DNA of 64,000 nt from assembly GCA_964588995.1 (NCBI GenBank), contig CAZPQM010000003.1:120187-184186 (forward strand), given 5' to 3'. Under the pieces are notes generated by a model, which made no database searches, was not told the DNA's origin, and saw only the letters and a program-made list of their open reading frames with translations. The stretch comes from an uncultured Rickettsiales bacterium. GTDB taxonomy: Bacteria; Pseudomonadota; Alphaproteobacteria; Rickettsiales; UBA8987. The translations under genes and the position numbers were made by a program. The first letter of the stretch is position 1. Every line of letters starts with the position of its first letter. Below, one piece after another: positions 8,735-18,308 of this stretch.

Positions 8735-9166
8735 TCAGAGTAAATCCTTCATCGCATAAAGGGCGTGCTTATAGCCGTTAATCCCCAGTCCGCAGATAAT
8801 GCCCGTAGCCACCGGCGATACGTAGGAAGTGTGGCGGAAGGGCTCCCGGTTATAGATATTGGATATATGCAGCTCGATAATGGGTAGCTGCAAAGTTTTT
8901 AGGGCATCGTGAATCGCGATTGAGGTGTGGGTATAGGCTGCAGCGTTGAGAATCAGCCCGTCATAGCTGCCATCGGCCTGCTGAATAGCCTCGATTAACT
9001 CACTTTCCGCATTGCTTTGCTGACAGGTAACGGTAATCCCCAGCTCGCCCGCCGTGTCGTTGCAGAGCGTCTCAATATCCTGCAGGCTGGCCGAGCCGTA
9101 AATCTCCGGCTCACGCTTGCCCAGCATGTTGAGATTCGGGCCATTCAGTACGAGAATATGTGCCAT
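8735..9166 (-). CDS. aroQ: type II 3-dehydroquinate dehydratase
   Basis: 143 aa. ILVLNGPNLNMLGKREPEIYG...QSNAESELIEAIQ...LNAAAYTHTSIAIHDAL. Confidence 0.92.
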   Translation of the reverse strand: MAHILVLNGPNLNMLGKREPEIYGSASLQDIETLCNDTAGELGITVTCQQSNAESELIEAIQQADGSYDGLILNAAAYTHTSIAIHDALKTLQLPIIELHISNIYNREPFRHTSYVSPVATGIICGLGINGYKHALYAMKDLL

Positions 9167-9247
9167 CTGTCCTTGTATATATCGCCTGTTATGCGTATCT
9201 TATAGTACACGCTGAATCGCGTTATACAACTTAATTTAGGCTTAGTT

Positions 9248-9451
9248 ATGGTAACTATCACCTTAAATGGCGAGAAAAAGATATTACAGCAACCCATCAC
9301 CGTGCAGGAGCTGGTGGAAGAGTTAAAACTCGATGTCAGGAAAATTGCGATTGAACGTAATCTTGAGATTGTCAGCCGCCCGGTATACGACCAAACGGCA
9401 CTGCAAGACGGCGACGAAGTTGAGATCGTGCATTTTATCGGCGGCGGATGA
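9248..9451 (+). CDS. thiS: thiamine biosynthesis sulfur carrier protein
   Basis: 67 aa, ubiquitin-like, ends in ...HFIGGG (C-terminal GG). Immediately upstream of thiG. Confidence 0.8.
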   Translation: MVTITLNGEKKILQQPITVQELVEELKLDVRKIAIERNLEIVSRPVYDQTALQDGDEVEIVHFIGGG

Positions 9452-9497
9452 TGGGGAGTTCAGCCCGTACGAACCAAAAAACAGGATTTTAAGCACC

Positions 9498-10376
9498 ATG
9501 CCGAAAGACGATTCGAAAGTGATTAATATTCATCGACCAAACAAGGATGAGGATCAATTCCTCCCCATGTTGTCGGGTGCACAATTGCCGGTTCCGGTGC
9601 ATGAAGGCGACTATTTTACGCTGGCCGGGCGCGCCTTTTATTCCCGCCTGCTGGTCGGCACGGGTAAGTACCGCGACTTTGGAGAAACGCAACGTGCGAT
9701 TGAGGCCTCCGGCGCGGAGATCGTCACTGTGGCCGTGCGCCGGGTAAATCTTGGAGACGGGGATGGCGAGATGCTGCAGGATTACATCGATCCTGAAAAA
9801 TACACCTACCTCCCGAATACGGCCGGATGCTATACGGCGGAAGAAGCGGTCCGTACCCTGCGCCTCGCAAGGGAAGCGGGGGGCTGGAACCTCGTGAAGC
9901 TGGAAGTGATCGGTGATAAACATACGCTCTATCCGGATGTGATAGAAACGGTGAAGGCGGCGCGTATTCTGGTCGAAGAAGGGTTTGATGTGATGGCCTA
10001 CACCACCGATGACCCGCTGATTGCCAGGGAGCTCGAGGATATTGGCTGCTGCGCGATTATGCCGCTCGGCGCACCGATTGGTTCTGGTCTAGGTATTCAG
10101 AATCCGCTCAATATCCGCCTGATCGTCGAGCAATCCAACGTGCCGGTGCTGGTCGATGCCGGTGTGGGAACGGCGTCCGATGCGGCGATTGCGATGGAGC
10201 TTGGCTGCGATGCCGTGTTGATCAATACGGCGATTGCCGAAGCGCGCGAGCCGGTGTTGATGGCGCATGCGATGCGTGCAGCGGTTGAAGCGGGCAGGGC
10301 GGCCTACCTGGCCGGGCGGATGCCGAAAAAAATGTCGGCGGATCCGTCTTCGCCAATCGATGGCGTTATAGGATAG
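9498..10376 (+). CDS. thiG: thiazole synthase
   Basis: [15 protein letters not shown]...[10 protein letters not shown]...[12 protein letters not shown]...[14 protein letters not shown]. The ORF opens at 9333 but that part overlaps thiS. ATG 9498 (or 9567) is the likely start. Confidence 0.88.
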   Translation: MPKDDSKVINIHRPNKDEDQFLPMLSGAQLPVPVHEGDYFTLAGRAFYSRLLVGTGKYRDFGETQRAIEASGAEIVTVAVRRVNLGDGDGEMLQDYIDPEKYTYLPNTAGCYTAEEAVRTLRLAREAGGWNLVKLEVIGDKHTLYPDVIETVKAARILVEEGFDVMAYTTDDPLIARELEDIGCCAIMPLGAPIGSGLGIQNPLNIRLIVEQSNVPVLVDAGVGTASDAAIAMELGCDAVLINTAIAEAREPVLMAHAMRAAVEAGRAAYLAGRMPKKMSADPSSPIDGVIG

Positions 10377-10463
10377 TGTGACTTTTCAGCATGGTGCGGC
10401 AATGATTTGCTTGCAGCTACATTCTTAGCTTCGCAGCACTACCATTTTCTGTATAGTTATCCC

Positions 10464-11978
10464 ATGAACCGGATATTTCAGGCTTTATTTACCGAATGGT
10501 CGCGCTTCAATAAGCGTGTTATGTTTCTGACGCTGCTGGGGATAGCACTGTTTCGCTTTTATTTTATCTCTTCCGGTAGCTATGCGACCACGTTCCCGAT
10601 AACCTTTGATGAAGCGAAATTCTGGATCTGGTCGCACTATTGGGATTGGGGTTATTTCTCACGTCCGCCGATGACGGCCTGGCTGCTCGGCCTCTTCACG
10701 GAAGTTTGCGGCCATGCGCTCTTCTGTATTAAAAGCCCCGCCGTTATCGCACACGGGGTGACGGCTTATATCGTTTACCTGATTACGAACCACCTTGCAG
10801 GCGACGATCGGACCGCTTTCTGGGCCGGGGTGGTCTACATGACGTTACCTGGCGTATCGCTCTCGTCCACCTTTTTAACCACCGATGTGTTTCTTCTGAT
10901 GTTCTGGGCGTTGGCACTGCATGCGTTTATCCATGCGTTGAATGATGATGAGGACCGCTGGTGGCTTCTTTTAGGGGTGTGGACGGGGCTGGGACTGCTC
11001 TCCAAATATACGATGGTGCTGTTCCCCCTCTCCTGCATCGTCTACATGGCGCTCTCCCGTATGAACCGAATTGAGCTGGTGCGTCCGCGTTTTTGGATTG
11101 CGATGACACTGGCCATCGTGATTTTCTCACCGAATTACATGTGGAATGCGCTTTATGCCTATTCCAGTTTGGAACGTGTCTTCACCGTCGTGTTTTCCGG
11201 AGAGATTACGATGCATCTGAATTCGCTGGGGAATTTCTTGCTGACGCAATTCGCCCTGTTCGGCCCGGCCACCTTTACGCTGCTTATTCTTGTGATCGGC
11301 CGCTTTTTTCGTACGCATGAAGATTCATTTGTTAAGGTGGGTTTCAGTTTTGTGGTCCCTCTGCTGCTTGTTGCCCTGACTATCGGCTTGCTCTACGGGG
11401 CGAAAGCGCACTGGGCGGCACCAGTCTATATCGCAGCGACCTTCTGGATAGTTTCATTGGCATTTAAAGAAGACAGGGTATGGATTATCAAATTATCCGT
11501 TATGTTGCACGTCATTATCATGCTGCTATATCTGCATATTCATCTGTTAATTGTTGCGTTTAATTTTCCGAATCCGTTTGCGCGCTATTACCCATGGGCT
11601 GCGCTGCAACCGCTAGCGCTGGAATCTCTGACGCAACATCCGAACTCGGTGTTGATTGCCGATGATTACCGTACCATTTCCATGCTGGCCTATAGCTTAC
11701 GTCAGCCCGACGGCACACCGTACCCGGTACAGAAATGGTTTATCGATGGGGAGCCGCAGGATCATTTTGACCTTACCACCCAGATTGATCTTTACCGTAA
11801 TTTCAATATGATTCTGATCACCGAGTCGTCGGATCTCACCGAGTATCAACCTTATTTTGCCTCGATAGAACCGATCGCCTCTCGCGATTTGTTTGGCAGG
11901 CGTTTTACCAGCTACCATTTAGTAGATTTTGCCGGTTTCGGAGAGGAGACTCCGCCGGAGCTGGAAGAAAATGAATGA
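10464..11978 (+). CDS. ArnT/PMT-like membrane glycosyltransferase (GT39/GT83 type)
   Basis: Polytopic membrane protein. N-terminal loop FDEAKFWIWSHYWDWGYFSRPPMTAWLLG resembles the DE..(Y/F)W...GY(F)S.PP motif of ArnT-like enzymes. ATG 10464 is chosen within ORF 10407..11978. Confidence 0.6.
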   Translation: MNRIFQALFTEWSRFNKRVMFLTLLGIALFRFYFISSGSYATTFPITFDEAKFWIWSHYWDWGYFSRPPMTAWLLGLFTEVCGHALFCIKSPAVIAHGVTAYIVYLITNHLAGDDRTAFWAGVVYMTLPGVSLSSTFLTTDVFLLMFWALALHAFIHALNDDEDRWWLLLGVWTGLGLLSKYTMVLFPLSCIVYMALSRMNRIELVRPRFWIAMTLAIVIFSPNYMWNALYAYSSLERVFTVVFSGEITMHLNSLGNFLLTQFALFGPATFTLLILVIGRFFRTHEDSFVKVGFSFVVPLLLVALTIGLLYGAKAHWAAPVYIAATFWIVSLAFKEDRVWIIKLSVMLHVIIMLLYLHIHLLIVAFNFPNPFARYYPWAALQPLALESLTQHPNSVLIADDYRTISMLAYSLRQPDGTPYPVQKWFIDGEPQDHFDLTTQIDLYRNFNMILITESSDLTEYQPYFASIEPIASRDLFGRRFTSYHLVDFAGFGEETPPELEENE

Positions 11979-11986
11979 AAGCGCAG

Positions 11987-12640
11987 CTAAAACTCATCGC
12001 GAATGGTTTTGATAAGTACGGCGCGGATTTTACTGAACTCAATATCAGGCGACCATTTGGTCAGTATATATTGCGTTTCGAGGTGCTCCAGATGCGGTTC
12101 AGCCGTTATGATGTGATGCTGCTTACCTAAGGAATCCGGCAATCCCGTAGCTAGCGGTTCAATTTCACTAAAAATGAGCTCGCTGCCAATAGGAAATTTA
12201 TAACGGTTAGCGGCTTCAACCCGAATAGCAAATAAACGCTTACTCAGTGTCTGGTTGGGGCGGCCCACAATAAGAGGGTAGCTCTCCGACTGTTCTAACC
12301 ATTCAATCCGTTTTCCGCGTTGTAACCGCCCTACTACTTTAGTTCGGCAGGTCGAGGCAGCTTTTTTTTGGCTGGCGTTATCCGGCATGAGATCGACAAT
12401 TTCGCATTGCAGGGCATCGCTCAGCTTTTGCAACCATTCAATGGTCAGGCGGCGCTTACCCTTTTCCAGCCGGTCGATTTGCTGTTGAGAAGTGCCCACT
12501 TCTTCAGCAAGTGCCTGCATCGTTAAACCACGCAACTTGCGATAATAACGAAGCCTTTCATGGATATGCTTAAAACTGCTATCCGGGCCGATCGGCCTCT
12601 GATTCGGGGAGGATTCAGCTGATGCTATATTCTGACTCAT
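11987..12640 (-). CDS. XRE-family HTH regulator with CI/LexA-like (S24-like) C-terminal domain
   Basis: HTH_3 region LRYYRKLRGLTMQALAEEVGTSQQQIDRLEKGKRRLTIEWLQKLSDAL. The C-terminal LFAIRVEAANRYKFPIGSELIFSE aligns by eye to the FA.RV.GDSM.P....GD block, but the Ser position is not conserved. Confidence 0.65.
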   Translation of the reverse strand: MSQNIASAESSPNQRPIGPDSSFKHIHERLRYYRKLRGLTMQALAEEVGTSQQQIDRLEKGKRRLTIEWLQKLSDALQCEIVDLMPDNASQKKAASTCRTKVVGRLQRGKRIEWLEQSESYPLIVGRPNQTLSKRLFAIRVEAANRYKFPIGSELIFSEIEPLATGLPDSLGKQHHIITAEPHLEHLETQYILTKWSPDIEFSKIRAVLIKTIRDEF

Positions 12641-12731
12641 GCAATTCCTCTCATCTGCTATGGTGTATTTAGATTACTCAGAACCATTCGCATTTCAACT
12701 GTAAAATGTACCCTAAACCAAATAAAAATCC

Positions 12732-14240
12732 TTATAGGTTGTATTTATCCCACTTTTGGTCGACAAGCTGTTTTATTTCTGCGGTCATATCGATCGGCTG
12801 TCCCCACTCGCGCTTCGTTTCAGGGGGTATTTTCGCCGTGGCATCTATACCCAGCTTTCCGCCCAAACCGTCTTCGACCGAAGCAAAATCAAGGTAGTCA
12901 ATCGGGGTATGTTCCGTGATCATCAGGTCACGTGCGGCATCAACATTGGTGGAAATCGCCCACATGACTTCTTTCCAATCGCGCGCATCGATGTGCTCAT
13001 CCACCACGATAATAAATTTGGTGTAGAGAAACTGCCGTAGGAAGCTCCATACGCCCATCATGACGCGGCGCGCATGGCCGGCATAGGTTTTTTTCATGCT
13101 GACTACGGCGATACGGTAGGAACAGCCTTCCGGCGGTAACCAGAAATCCGTGATTTCAGGAAATTGCTGCTGCAGAAGCGGTATAAAGATTTCATTGAGC
13201 GCTTCGCCTAAAATAGCGGGCTCATCGGGCGGTTTGCCCGTATAGGTGCTTAAATAGATTGGGTTTTTGCGCATGGTAATTGCGGAAACGGTAAAGACTG
13301 GAAACGGCTCTTTCGCATTGTAATAGCCGGTATGATCGCCGAATGGGCCTTCGTCCTGATAATCATCGAGGCTGACATGGCCCTCAATGACGATTTCCGC
13401 ATTTGCCGGCACTTTAAGCGGCACGGTTTTACACGCGACAAGCTCTACTTTTTTTCCGCGCAGCAGTCCGGCAAATTCATATTCAGATAGCGTATCGGGT
13501 ACAGGAGTCACGGCGGCAAGTGTCGTGCCCGGGTCTGCCCCTATGACCGCTGCCGCTGGGAGCGGTTCTGATTTCTCCGCTTTCCATTTATGATGATGCT
13601 GCGCGCCACCGCGGTGCTTAAGCCATCGCATCAGCGTTTTATCCTTCCTTATCAACTGCATACGATATATACCGAGATTAAAACTATCGGTTTTATCCTT
13701 AGTTTTACCGCGCGCATTTGGCCCCTCGGTTACCACCAGAGGCCAGGTAATTAAAGGCCCGGCATCGCCCGGCCAACAGGTTTGAATAGGAAGCTGATTT
13801 AAATCTATATCTTCGCCGGTTAGCACAACTTGCTGACATGGTGCCTTAGCAATAGTCTTCGGCTTCATGGTCAGTGCCGTCTTTACCAGCGGCAGCATGG
13901 AAACGGCTTCCTTAAAGCTCCCCGGGGGTTCCGGTTGCCGCAAAAAGGCGAGCACTTCTCCGACTTCGCGTAATGCTTCCGGTTTGCGATTGATCGCGCG
14001 GGCGACACGTTCTACCGTTCCGAATAAATTGACGAGCACCGGCATGGTTGATGGGTTCTTTTTGCCATCTCCTTTATCCATCACTACGTTTTCAAACAGG
14101 ATCATCGGCCCCCCCTGATGCAGTACGCGGCGGTGGATTTCAGTCATTTCCAGATAGGTAGATACGGGCTCTTTTATTCGCACCAGATCACCTTCTTTCT
14201 CTAATTGCTTGATAAAGCTTCGTAAATCGTCAAATATCAT
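12732..14240 (-). CDS. ubiD: UbiD-family decarboxylase (4-hydroxy-3-polyprenylbenzoate decarboxylase)
   Basis: 502 aa. [27 protein letters not shown]..., [11 protein letters not shown]. Full-length UbiD architecture. Confidence 0.9.
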   Translation of the reverse strand: MIFDDLRSFIKQLEKEGDLVRIKEPVSTYLEMTEIHRRVLHQGGPMILFENVVMDKGDGKKNPSTMPVLVNLFGTVERVARAINRKPEALREVGEVLAFLRQPEPPGSFKEAVSMLPLVKTALTMKPKTIAKAPCQQVVLTGEDIDLNQLPIQTCWPGDAGPLITWPLVVTEGPNARGKTKDKTDSFNLGIYRMQLIRKDKTLMRWLKHRGGAQHHHKWKAEKSEPLPAAAVIGADPGTTLAAVTPVPDTLSEYEFAGLLRGKKVELVACKTVPLKVPANAEIVIEGHVSLDDYQDEGPFGDHTGYYNAKEPFPVFTVSAITMRKNPIYLSTYTGKPPDEPAILGEALNEIFIPLLQQQFPEITDFWLPPEGCSYRIAVVSMKKTYAGHARRVMMGVWSFLRQFLYTKFIIVVDEHIDARDWKEVMWAISTNVDAARDLMITEHTPIDYLDFASVEDGLGGKLGIDATAKIPPETKREWGQPIDMTAEIKQLVDQKWDKYNL

Positions 14241-14285
14241 TTATTGTCATTTCGTGGTTTATTAATGTTATAAATTGAGATTCTG

Positions 14286-14308
14286 TGTTACCATGAACGT
14301 GGTTAACA
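14286..14308. promoter_or_regulatory. inverted repeat TGTTACCA-N6-TGGTTAACA, candidate ParD operator
   Basis: Near-perfect palindrome 20 nt upstream of the parD Shine-Dalgarno (AGGAGG). Type II antitoxins commonly autoregulate through such repeats. Confidence 0.3.
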
Positions 14309-14327
14309 ACATACAGGAGGAACCATA

Positions 14328-14606
14328 ATGCATATTTCCTTACCTGAACAGCTTGAAAACATGGTTAAAGAGCGCGTAAAAAGCGGCATGTATGGTAGTG
14401 CGAGCGAAGTGGTACGCGAGGCACTTCGCGAATTTTTCGGCGTATCGCGCCCAGAATCCCCCGTATCACCGGAAGAGGCAGCTGCCATCAAAGACATCGT
14501 CTCGCCGCGGCTGGAAGCGGTGCGTAACGGTACGGCAGAGTTGATTCCATTTGAAGAGGCCATGGAGCAGATTCACGCCGAAGTATTCGATAATGATAAG
14601 GTATAG
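14328..14606 (+). CDS. parD: ParD/CC2985-family type II antitoxin
   Basis: 92 aa. MHISLPEQLENMVKERVKSGMYGSASEVVREALREF matches the ribbon-helix-helix antidote family. Strong SD. Confidence 0.75.
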   Translation: MHISLPEQLENMVKERVKSGMYGSASEVVREALREFFGVSRPESPVSPEEAAAIKDIVSPRLEAVRNGTAELIPFEEAMEQIHAEVFDNDKV

Positions 14607-14919
14607 CATAGAATATCACGCAGAAGCGCAGTTTGAAGTAACGTCTGAACTGATGTATTCACGGAAGCAGTGGGGTGATCAACATGCGTTAGCTTACGAA
14701 CGGGAATTGATTCATTCGCTTGAATTATTAAGAACACTTCCTCTCCTTTATCCTACCCAGCCGCAGATTGATGAAGAGGTTCGCATTAAACCGTTCAAAG
14801 GTAATCGCATTGTGTATATGGTAGAGGAGGAAAATACGCGTATCATTATTCTCGCTTTTTTGAGTATCCACCGTGAGCTCAGTCCCGAAGTGATTCGGAA
14901 ACGGAAGAAAAACGCATGA
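14593..14919 (+). CDS. parE: ParE/RelE-family type II toxin
   Basis: 108 aa from ATG 14593, overlapping the parD 3' end by 14 nt. Size, position and the ...NRIVYMVEEENTRIIILAFL block fit ParE/RelE. The stop overlaps the panE start (ATGA). Confidence 0.6.
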   Translation: MIRYSIEYHAEAQFEVTSELMYSRKQWGDQHALAYERELIHSLELLRTLPLLYPTQPQIDEEVRIKPFKGNRIVYMVEEENTRIIILAFLSIHRELSPEVIRKRKKNA

Positions 14920-15881
14920 AAATCTTGATATACGGCGCCGGTGCGGCAGGCTGTACGCTGGCTGTGCCTCTGATCAAGCAGGGAGAGGATGTAACACTCA
15001 TCGCACGTGGTGCCCATCTGCAGGCAATGCAACGGAGTGGATTGCGCTATACGCACGACACGGGTGAGGAAATCATCCCGGTTAGCGCATATGCGCAGGA
15101 GGAGGCGGACACAAGGTTTGACGTGATTTTTATCACTGCAAAGGCCTATAGCCTGCCGGAGATTGCTCCGCATATTCCGCGACTCAGCCATGCGTCCACC
15201 GTAATCGTCCCGTGCTGCAATGGTGTTCCGTGGTGGTTTCTAAAGGATTTACAGCGCTTTGAAGGCAATGATGCGATCGATTGTTTAGATAAAGATCGTG
15301 CATTATCGCAACATTTGCCGACTGCATCGCTTTTAGGCGCGCTGTTCTATATGGGTGCGACCTATGAAGGACCGGGGCATGTCAGCCATTATAACCGCTA
15401 TCCGAAGATAGTGATCGGTGAGATTGACGGTAGCATGAGTAACCGGCTTGAGCGTGTAGGAGCACGGCTGGAGCAGGCGGGCTTTCGTTCACCTTTGACA
15501 CGTCAGATACGCAGCGATATCCTCATCAAACTGGCATGGAACATTGCCTTCAACCCGCTCAGCGTGATAACGGGCATGGATTCCGGTCAGATGGTAGAGG
15601 ATGAAGCGATTTGCGTACGCGCACGAGCGGTGATGCGTGAGCTAAAAGGTTTCTCGGATGCGATTAATATCCCGTTTGAGTTTGATATTGAACAGCATAT
15701 CGCGCTTTCGCACAAAGCCAAAAGGCATAAACCTTCCATGTTGCAGGATTATGAGGCCGGTAAACCGTTGGAAATCGATGCGATTTTGACTTCCGTGCTC
15801 GAAATTGCAGGTAAAATAAACCTCGAATTACCGGAAATACAGCGGCAAAAAAACGACTTGCTAGTGGCTTTGAAGCGCTAA
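14916..15881 (+). CDS. panE: 2-dehydropantoate 2-reductase
   Basis: 321 aa. N-terminal Rossmann MKILIYGAGAAGCTLA and C-terminal ApbA/PanE block KPSMLQDYEAGKPLEIDAI. Confidence 0.8.
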   Translation: MKILIYGAGAAGCTLAVPLIKQGEDVTLIARGAHLQAMQRSGLRYTHDTGEEIIPVSAYAQEEADTRFDVIFITAKAYSLPEIAPHIPRLSHASTVIVPCCNGVPWWFLKDLQRFEGNDAIDCLDKDRALSQHLPTASLLGALFYMGATYEGPGHVSHYNRYPKIVIGEIDGSMSNRLERVGARLEQAGFRSPLTRQIRSDILIKLAWNIAFNPLSVITGMDSGQMVEDEAICVRARAVMRELKGFSDAINIPFEFDIEQHIALSHKAKRHKPSMLQDYEAGKPLEIDAILTSVLEIAGKINLELPEIQRQKNDLLVALKR

Positions 15882-15947
15882 GCTATTAAAATCGCATCGT
15901 AAATTATCTGCCCATCTCCACTTTATTATGGCAAAATCAATCCGATA

Positions 15948-15956
15948 TGTTATAAT
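15948..15956 (+). promoter_or_regulatory. extended -10 promoter element TGtTATAAT
   Basis: TG-n-TATAAT lies 32 nt upstream of ATG 15988. The -35 is weak. Confidence 0.3.
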
Positions 15957-15987
15957 GATGTGAGGGAAGACAATCTGGAGGTTCATC

Positions 15988-16404
15988 ATGGTTGATGGTG
16001 TACAAAGCGCATCCGCGCAAATTTCGCAAGTGTCACGGCTGCGTGCTGCAGCAGGTGATGGTACACTGACTGCAGAAACATTAGAGGCTATTCAAAACGG
16101 TGCCATACCGCCAACGGTATCAGAAAGTACCGAGCTGAACAATGCGGCTTCTGAAGTGGCGGAAACGCCGCAAACGCCGTTACGCGATGCGGTTCAGCAG
16201 GCGCGTACGGAGCCGTTTGACATCGTAGAGCTTTCGCCCGAAGCGGTGAGTGCGGTCGAGAATGCACCGGAAGCTGTGCCGCTAGAAACAACAGTTGAAG
16301 AGGCGGAAGAGCAGGGGCTGGAAACCTCGCAAACCGTAACGCAGCAGAATAATCAGGATACGGCGACCGTTGCGCTTGGCAATGCAGTGGATATTGAAAC
16401 CTAG
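15988..16404 (+). CDS. hypothetical acidic protein
   Basis: 138-aa ORF with SD GGAGG. Ala/Glu/Thr-rich, no recognisable domain. Confidence 0.45.
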   Translation: MVDGVQSASAQISQVSRLRAAAGDGTLTAETLEAIQNGAIPPTVSESTELNNAASEVAETPQTPLRDAVQQARTEPFDIVELSPEAVSAVENAPEAVPLETTVEEAEEQGLETSQTVTQQNNQDTATVALGNAVDIET

Positions 16405-16471
16405 ACACTGTTAGCTAATTCATTTTCCAATTTCCCTTGAAGCCACGGCGTAAAATGCCTATATCCTTATT

Positions 16472-16699
16472 ATGCCTATTTCCGAATCCGATCTCCGTGC
16501 CGTGCTTGAGCAATCCTTTCCTGAAGCAGACATTACAATTCAGGATCTTGCGGGTGACAACGATCACTGGGCGGCAACCATTGCCAGTAACAATTTTGAA
16601 GGCAAAAGTCGCATTGAGCAGCATCGTATGGTGCAGGAGGCGGTAAAAGGCCACGATATTCACGCATTACAAATCATAACGAAGGTCAAAACAGCATGA
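16472..16699 (+). CDS. BolA family protein
   Basis: 75 aa. ...DHWAATIASNNFEGKSRIEQHRMVQEAVKG..IHALQI. Overlaps the downstream monothiol glutaredoxin start (ATGA), the classical BolA-Grx pair. Confidence 0.85.
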   Translation: MPISESDLRAVLEQSFPEADITIQDLAGDNDHWAATIASNNFEGKSRIEQHRMVQEAVKGHDIHALQIITKVKTA

Positions 16700-17028
16700 G
16701 TGAGAAGCCGATTTTTCAACAGATCGAATCCGATATTCAGGGCAACGACGTGGTGCTATACATGAAAGGCACGAAAGACTTTCCCATGTGCGGATTTTCC
16801 AGTGTAGTCGTGCAAATTTTGCAACGTGAGAATGTTGAATTTCTCGACAGGAACGTGCTGGATGATAATGATCTGCGTGAAGGCATTAAGGAATTTACCA
16901 ACTGGCCAACCATTCCACAGCTTTATGTCAAAGGCGAGTTTATCGGTGGCGCGGATATTGTTCGTGAAATGTTTGAATCCGGTGAGTTGAATAGTTTGCT
17001 GACCGATAAAGGCGTCAAAGCGGCCTGA
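16696..17028 (+). CDS. grxD: monothiol glutaredoxin (Grx4 family)
   Basis: 110 aa. VVLYMKGTKDFPMCGFS active site, WPTIPQLYVKGEFIGGADI. Confidence 0.92.
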   Translation: MSEKPIFQQIESDIQGNDVVLYMKGTKDFPMCGFSSVVVQILQRENVEFLDRNVLDDNDLREGIKEFTNWPTIPQLYVKGEFIGGADIVREMFESGELNSLLTDKGVKAA

Positions 17029-17474
17029 TGCCGGGTCTGGGCCGTGTTTTCCTGTGCTGTCTGTTGCTGATGCCGTTAAAAGCCTGTGCTGATAGCAGCC
17101 TGGATGGCTGGCTGGAGCAGTTTTTATGGACGCATAGACCAGTCGTGCTCTTTACCCCTTCTGCAAATAACCCGACCTATCAATCGCAACTGCAAGTATT
17201 GAACGCCCACCGTGAGGGCGTGCGTGAACGCGATGTGGTGCTCATCGAAGTGATCGGGCAGGATTTCGTCAAACTCAACGGTGAAGCGCAGCTGGATCTG
17301 ACCTCGAACCGCTTTCGGCGGCATTTTGCGGTAGGAGCGGAGTTTACTTTCCTGCTCATTGGGAAGGACGGCACCGAAAAGTTGCGTGAAAATAGCCTTG
17401 TTTCGGTAGATACCCTGTTCAGCACCATTGATGCGATGCCGATGCGCCAGCGGGAAATGCAGCGCGGTGAGTAA
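17028..17474 (+). CDS. DUF4174-like secreted protein
   Basis: Signal peptide. HRPVVLFTPSANNPTYQSQLQVLNAHREGVRERDVVLIEV resembles the DUF4174 pattern. Confidence 0.55.
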   Translation: MPGLGRVFLCCLLLMPLKACADSSLDGWLEQFLWTHRPVVLFTPSANNPTYQSQLQVLNAHREGVRERDVVLIEVIGQDFVKLNGEAQLDLTSNRFRRHFAVGAEFTFLLIGKDGTEKLRENSLVSVDTLFSTIDAMPMRQREMQRGE

Positions 17475-18021
17475 GCGGATCGGCCTGTTGGGGGGTAGTT
17501 TCAATCCGCCCCATATGGGACATGTTGCGCTCAGTATAGAAGCGCAGAAGCGGCTTGAGTTGGAGGAAGTCTGGTGGCTGTTTACGCCCGGTAATCCCCT
17601 CAAGGATACGCGTGATCTGCCCGATATCGAAGAACGCATCCGGCTGGCTAAGCCGCTTACCGCACAACATGAGTTCATTCACCTTAGCGCGATTGAGACA
17701 GAGCTCGGCACGACTTATACAATTGATACGCTGAAAGCCCTGCGGGATCGTTACCCGGAGCCGCATTTCATATGGTTGATGGGAGCGGATAACCTCGCGC
17801 AGTTTCACCAGTGGAAGGGTTGGCAGGACATCACAGAAATTATGCCCTTCGCCGTGTTCGCGCGGGAGCCTTACAGCGAGGAAGCATTGACGTCCAAGGC
17901 GGCGAACATGCTGGCGGATCAACGCTCCACACCGGAAGAAATTGCACACGGCGGACAAGGCTGGTGTTTTGTTGCCATGCCGCCGGTGGATATCTCTTCC
18001 TCCGAGCTGCGGGATGGCTGA
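17467..18021 (+). CDS. nadD: nicotinate-nucleotide adenylyltransferase
   Basis: IGLLGGSFNPPHMGH (HxGH motif), WLMGADNL, ISSSELR. GTG 17467 overlaps the upstream stop. The ORF opens at 17428. Confidence 0.85.
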   Translation: MSKRIGLLGGSFNPPHMGHVALSIEAQKRLELEEVWWLFTPGNPLKDTRDLPDIEERIRLAKPLTAQHEFIHLSAIETELGTTYTIDTLKALRDRYPEPHFIWLMGADNLAQFHQWKGWQDITEIMPFAVFAREPYSEEALTSKAANMLADQRSTPEEIAHGGQGWCFVAMPPVDISSSELRDG

Positions 18022-18023
18022 AG

Positions 18024-18308
18024 CTAACTGATATCTCCGCTATCCTGCTGCTTCAAAACAGCCATGATTTCAATACCGTCAGCTACTTAACGGAAATAGA
18101 TTGACTCCCTGCCGCAAACGCTACGCCGGTAGCCTGGCCTTATATTATCGACGCGGGGATAACGGCGCGGCGCCGCTGCAATGCTGTCAAAGTGCTCAAT
18201 TAGCTTGAAATAATAGCGATCTGCCTGGGTCTGGCCAAATTGTTCCAACCCCCACCTATAGAGGTTGCTTAGTTGCTGGTCGGCCATTTCAGATAGAATA
18301 TAGCTCAT
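18024..18308 (-). pseudogene. parE: ParE-family toxin interrupted by an in-frame TAA
   Basis: The 73-aa ORF ends ...RESIYFR at TAA 18087-18089. The same frame continues VADGIEIMAVLKQQDSGDIS to TAG 18024-18026, restoring a roughly 94-aa ParE with the canonical C-terminal ..IEI..VL.. block. Confidence 0.7.

Noticed and set aside
9167-9247. Expected TPP riboswitch upstream of thiS-thiG.
   Set aside because: The 81-nt leader contains neither the CTGAGA nor the ACCTGATCTGGATAATGCCAGCG-type conserved elements of the THI box, and it is too short.
9333-9497. 5' extension of the thiG ORF overlapping thiS by 119 nt.
   Set aside because: The ThiG homology begins well downstream ([12 protein letters not shown]). 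The extension is Arg/Cys-rich and overlaps the complete 3' half of thiS. ATG 9498 (or 9567) gives a normal-length ThiG.
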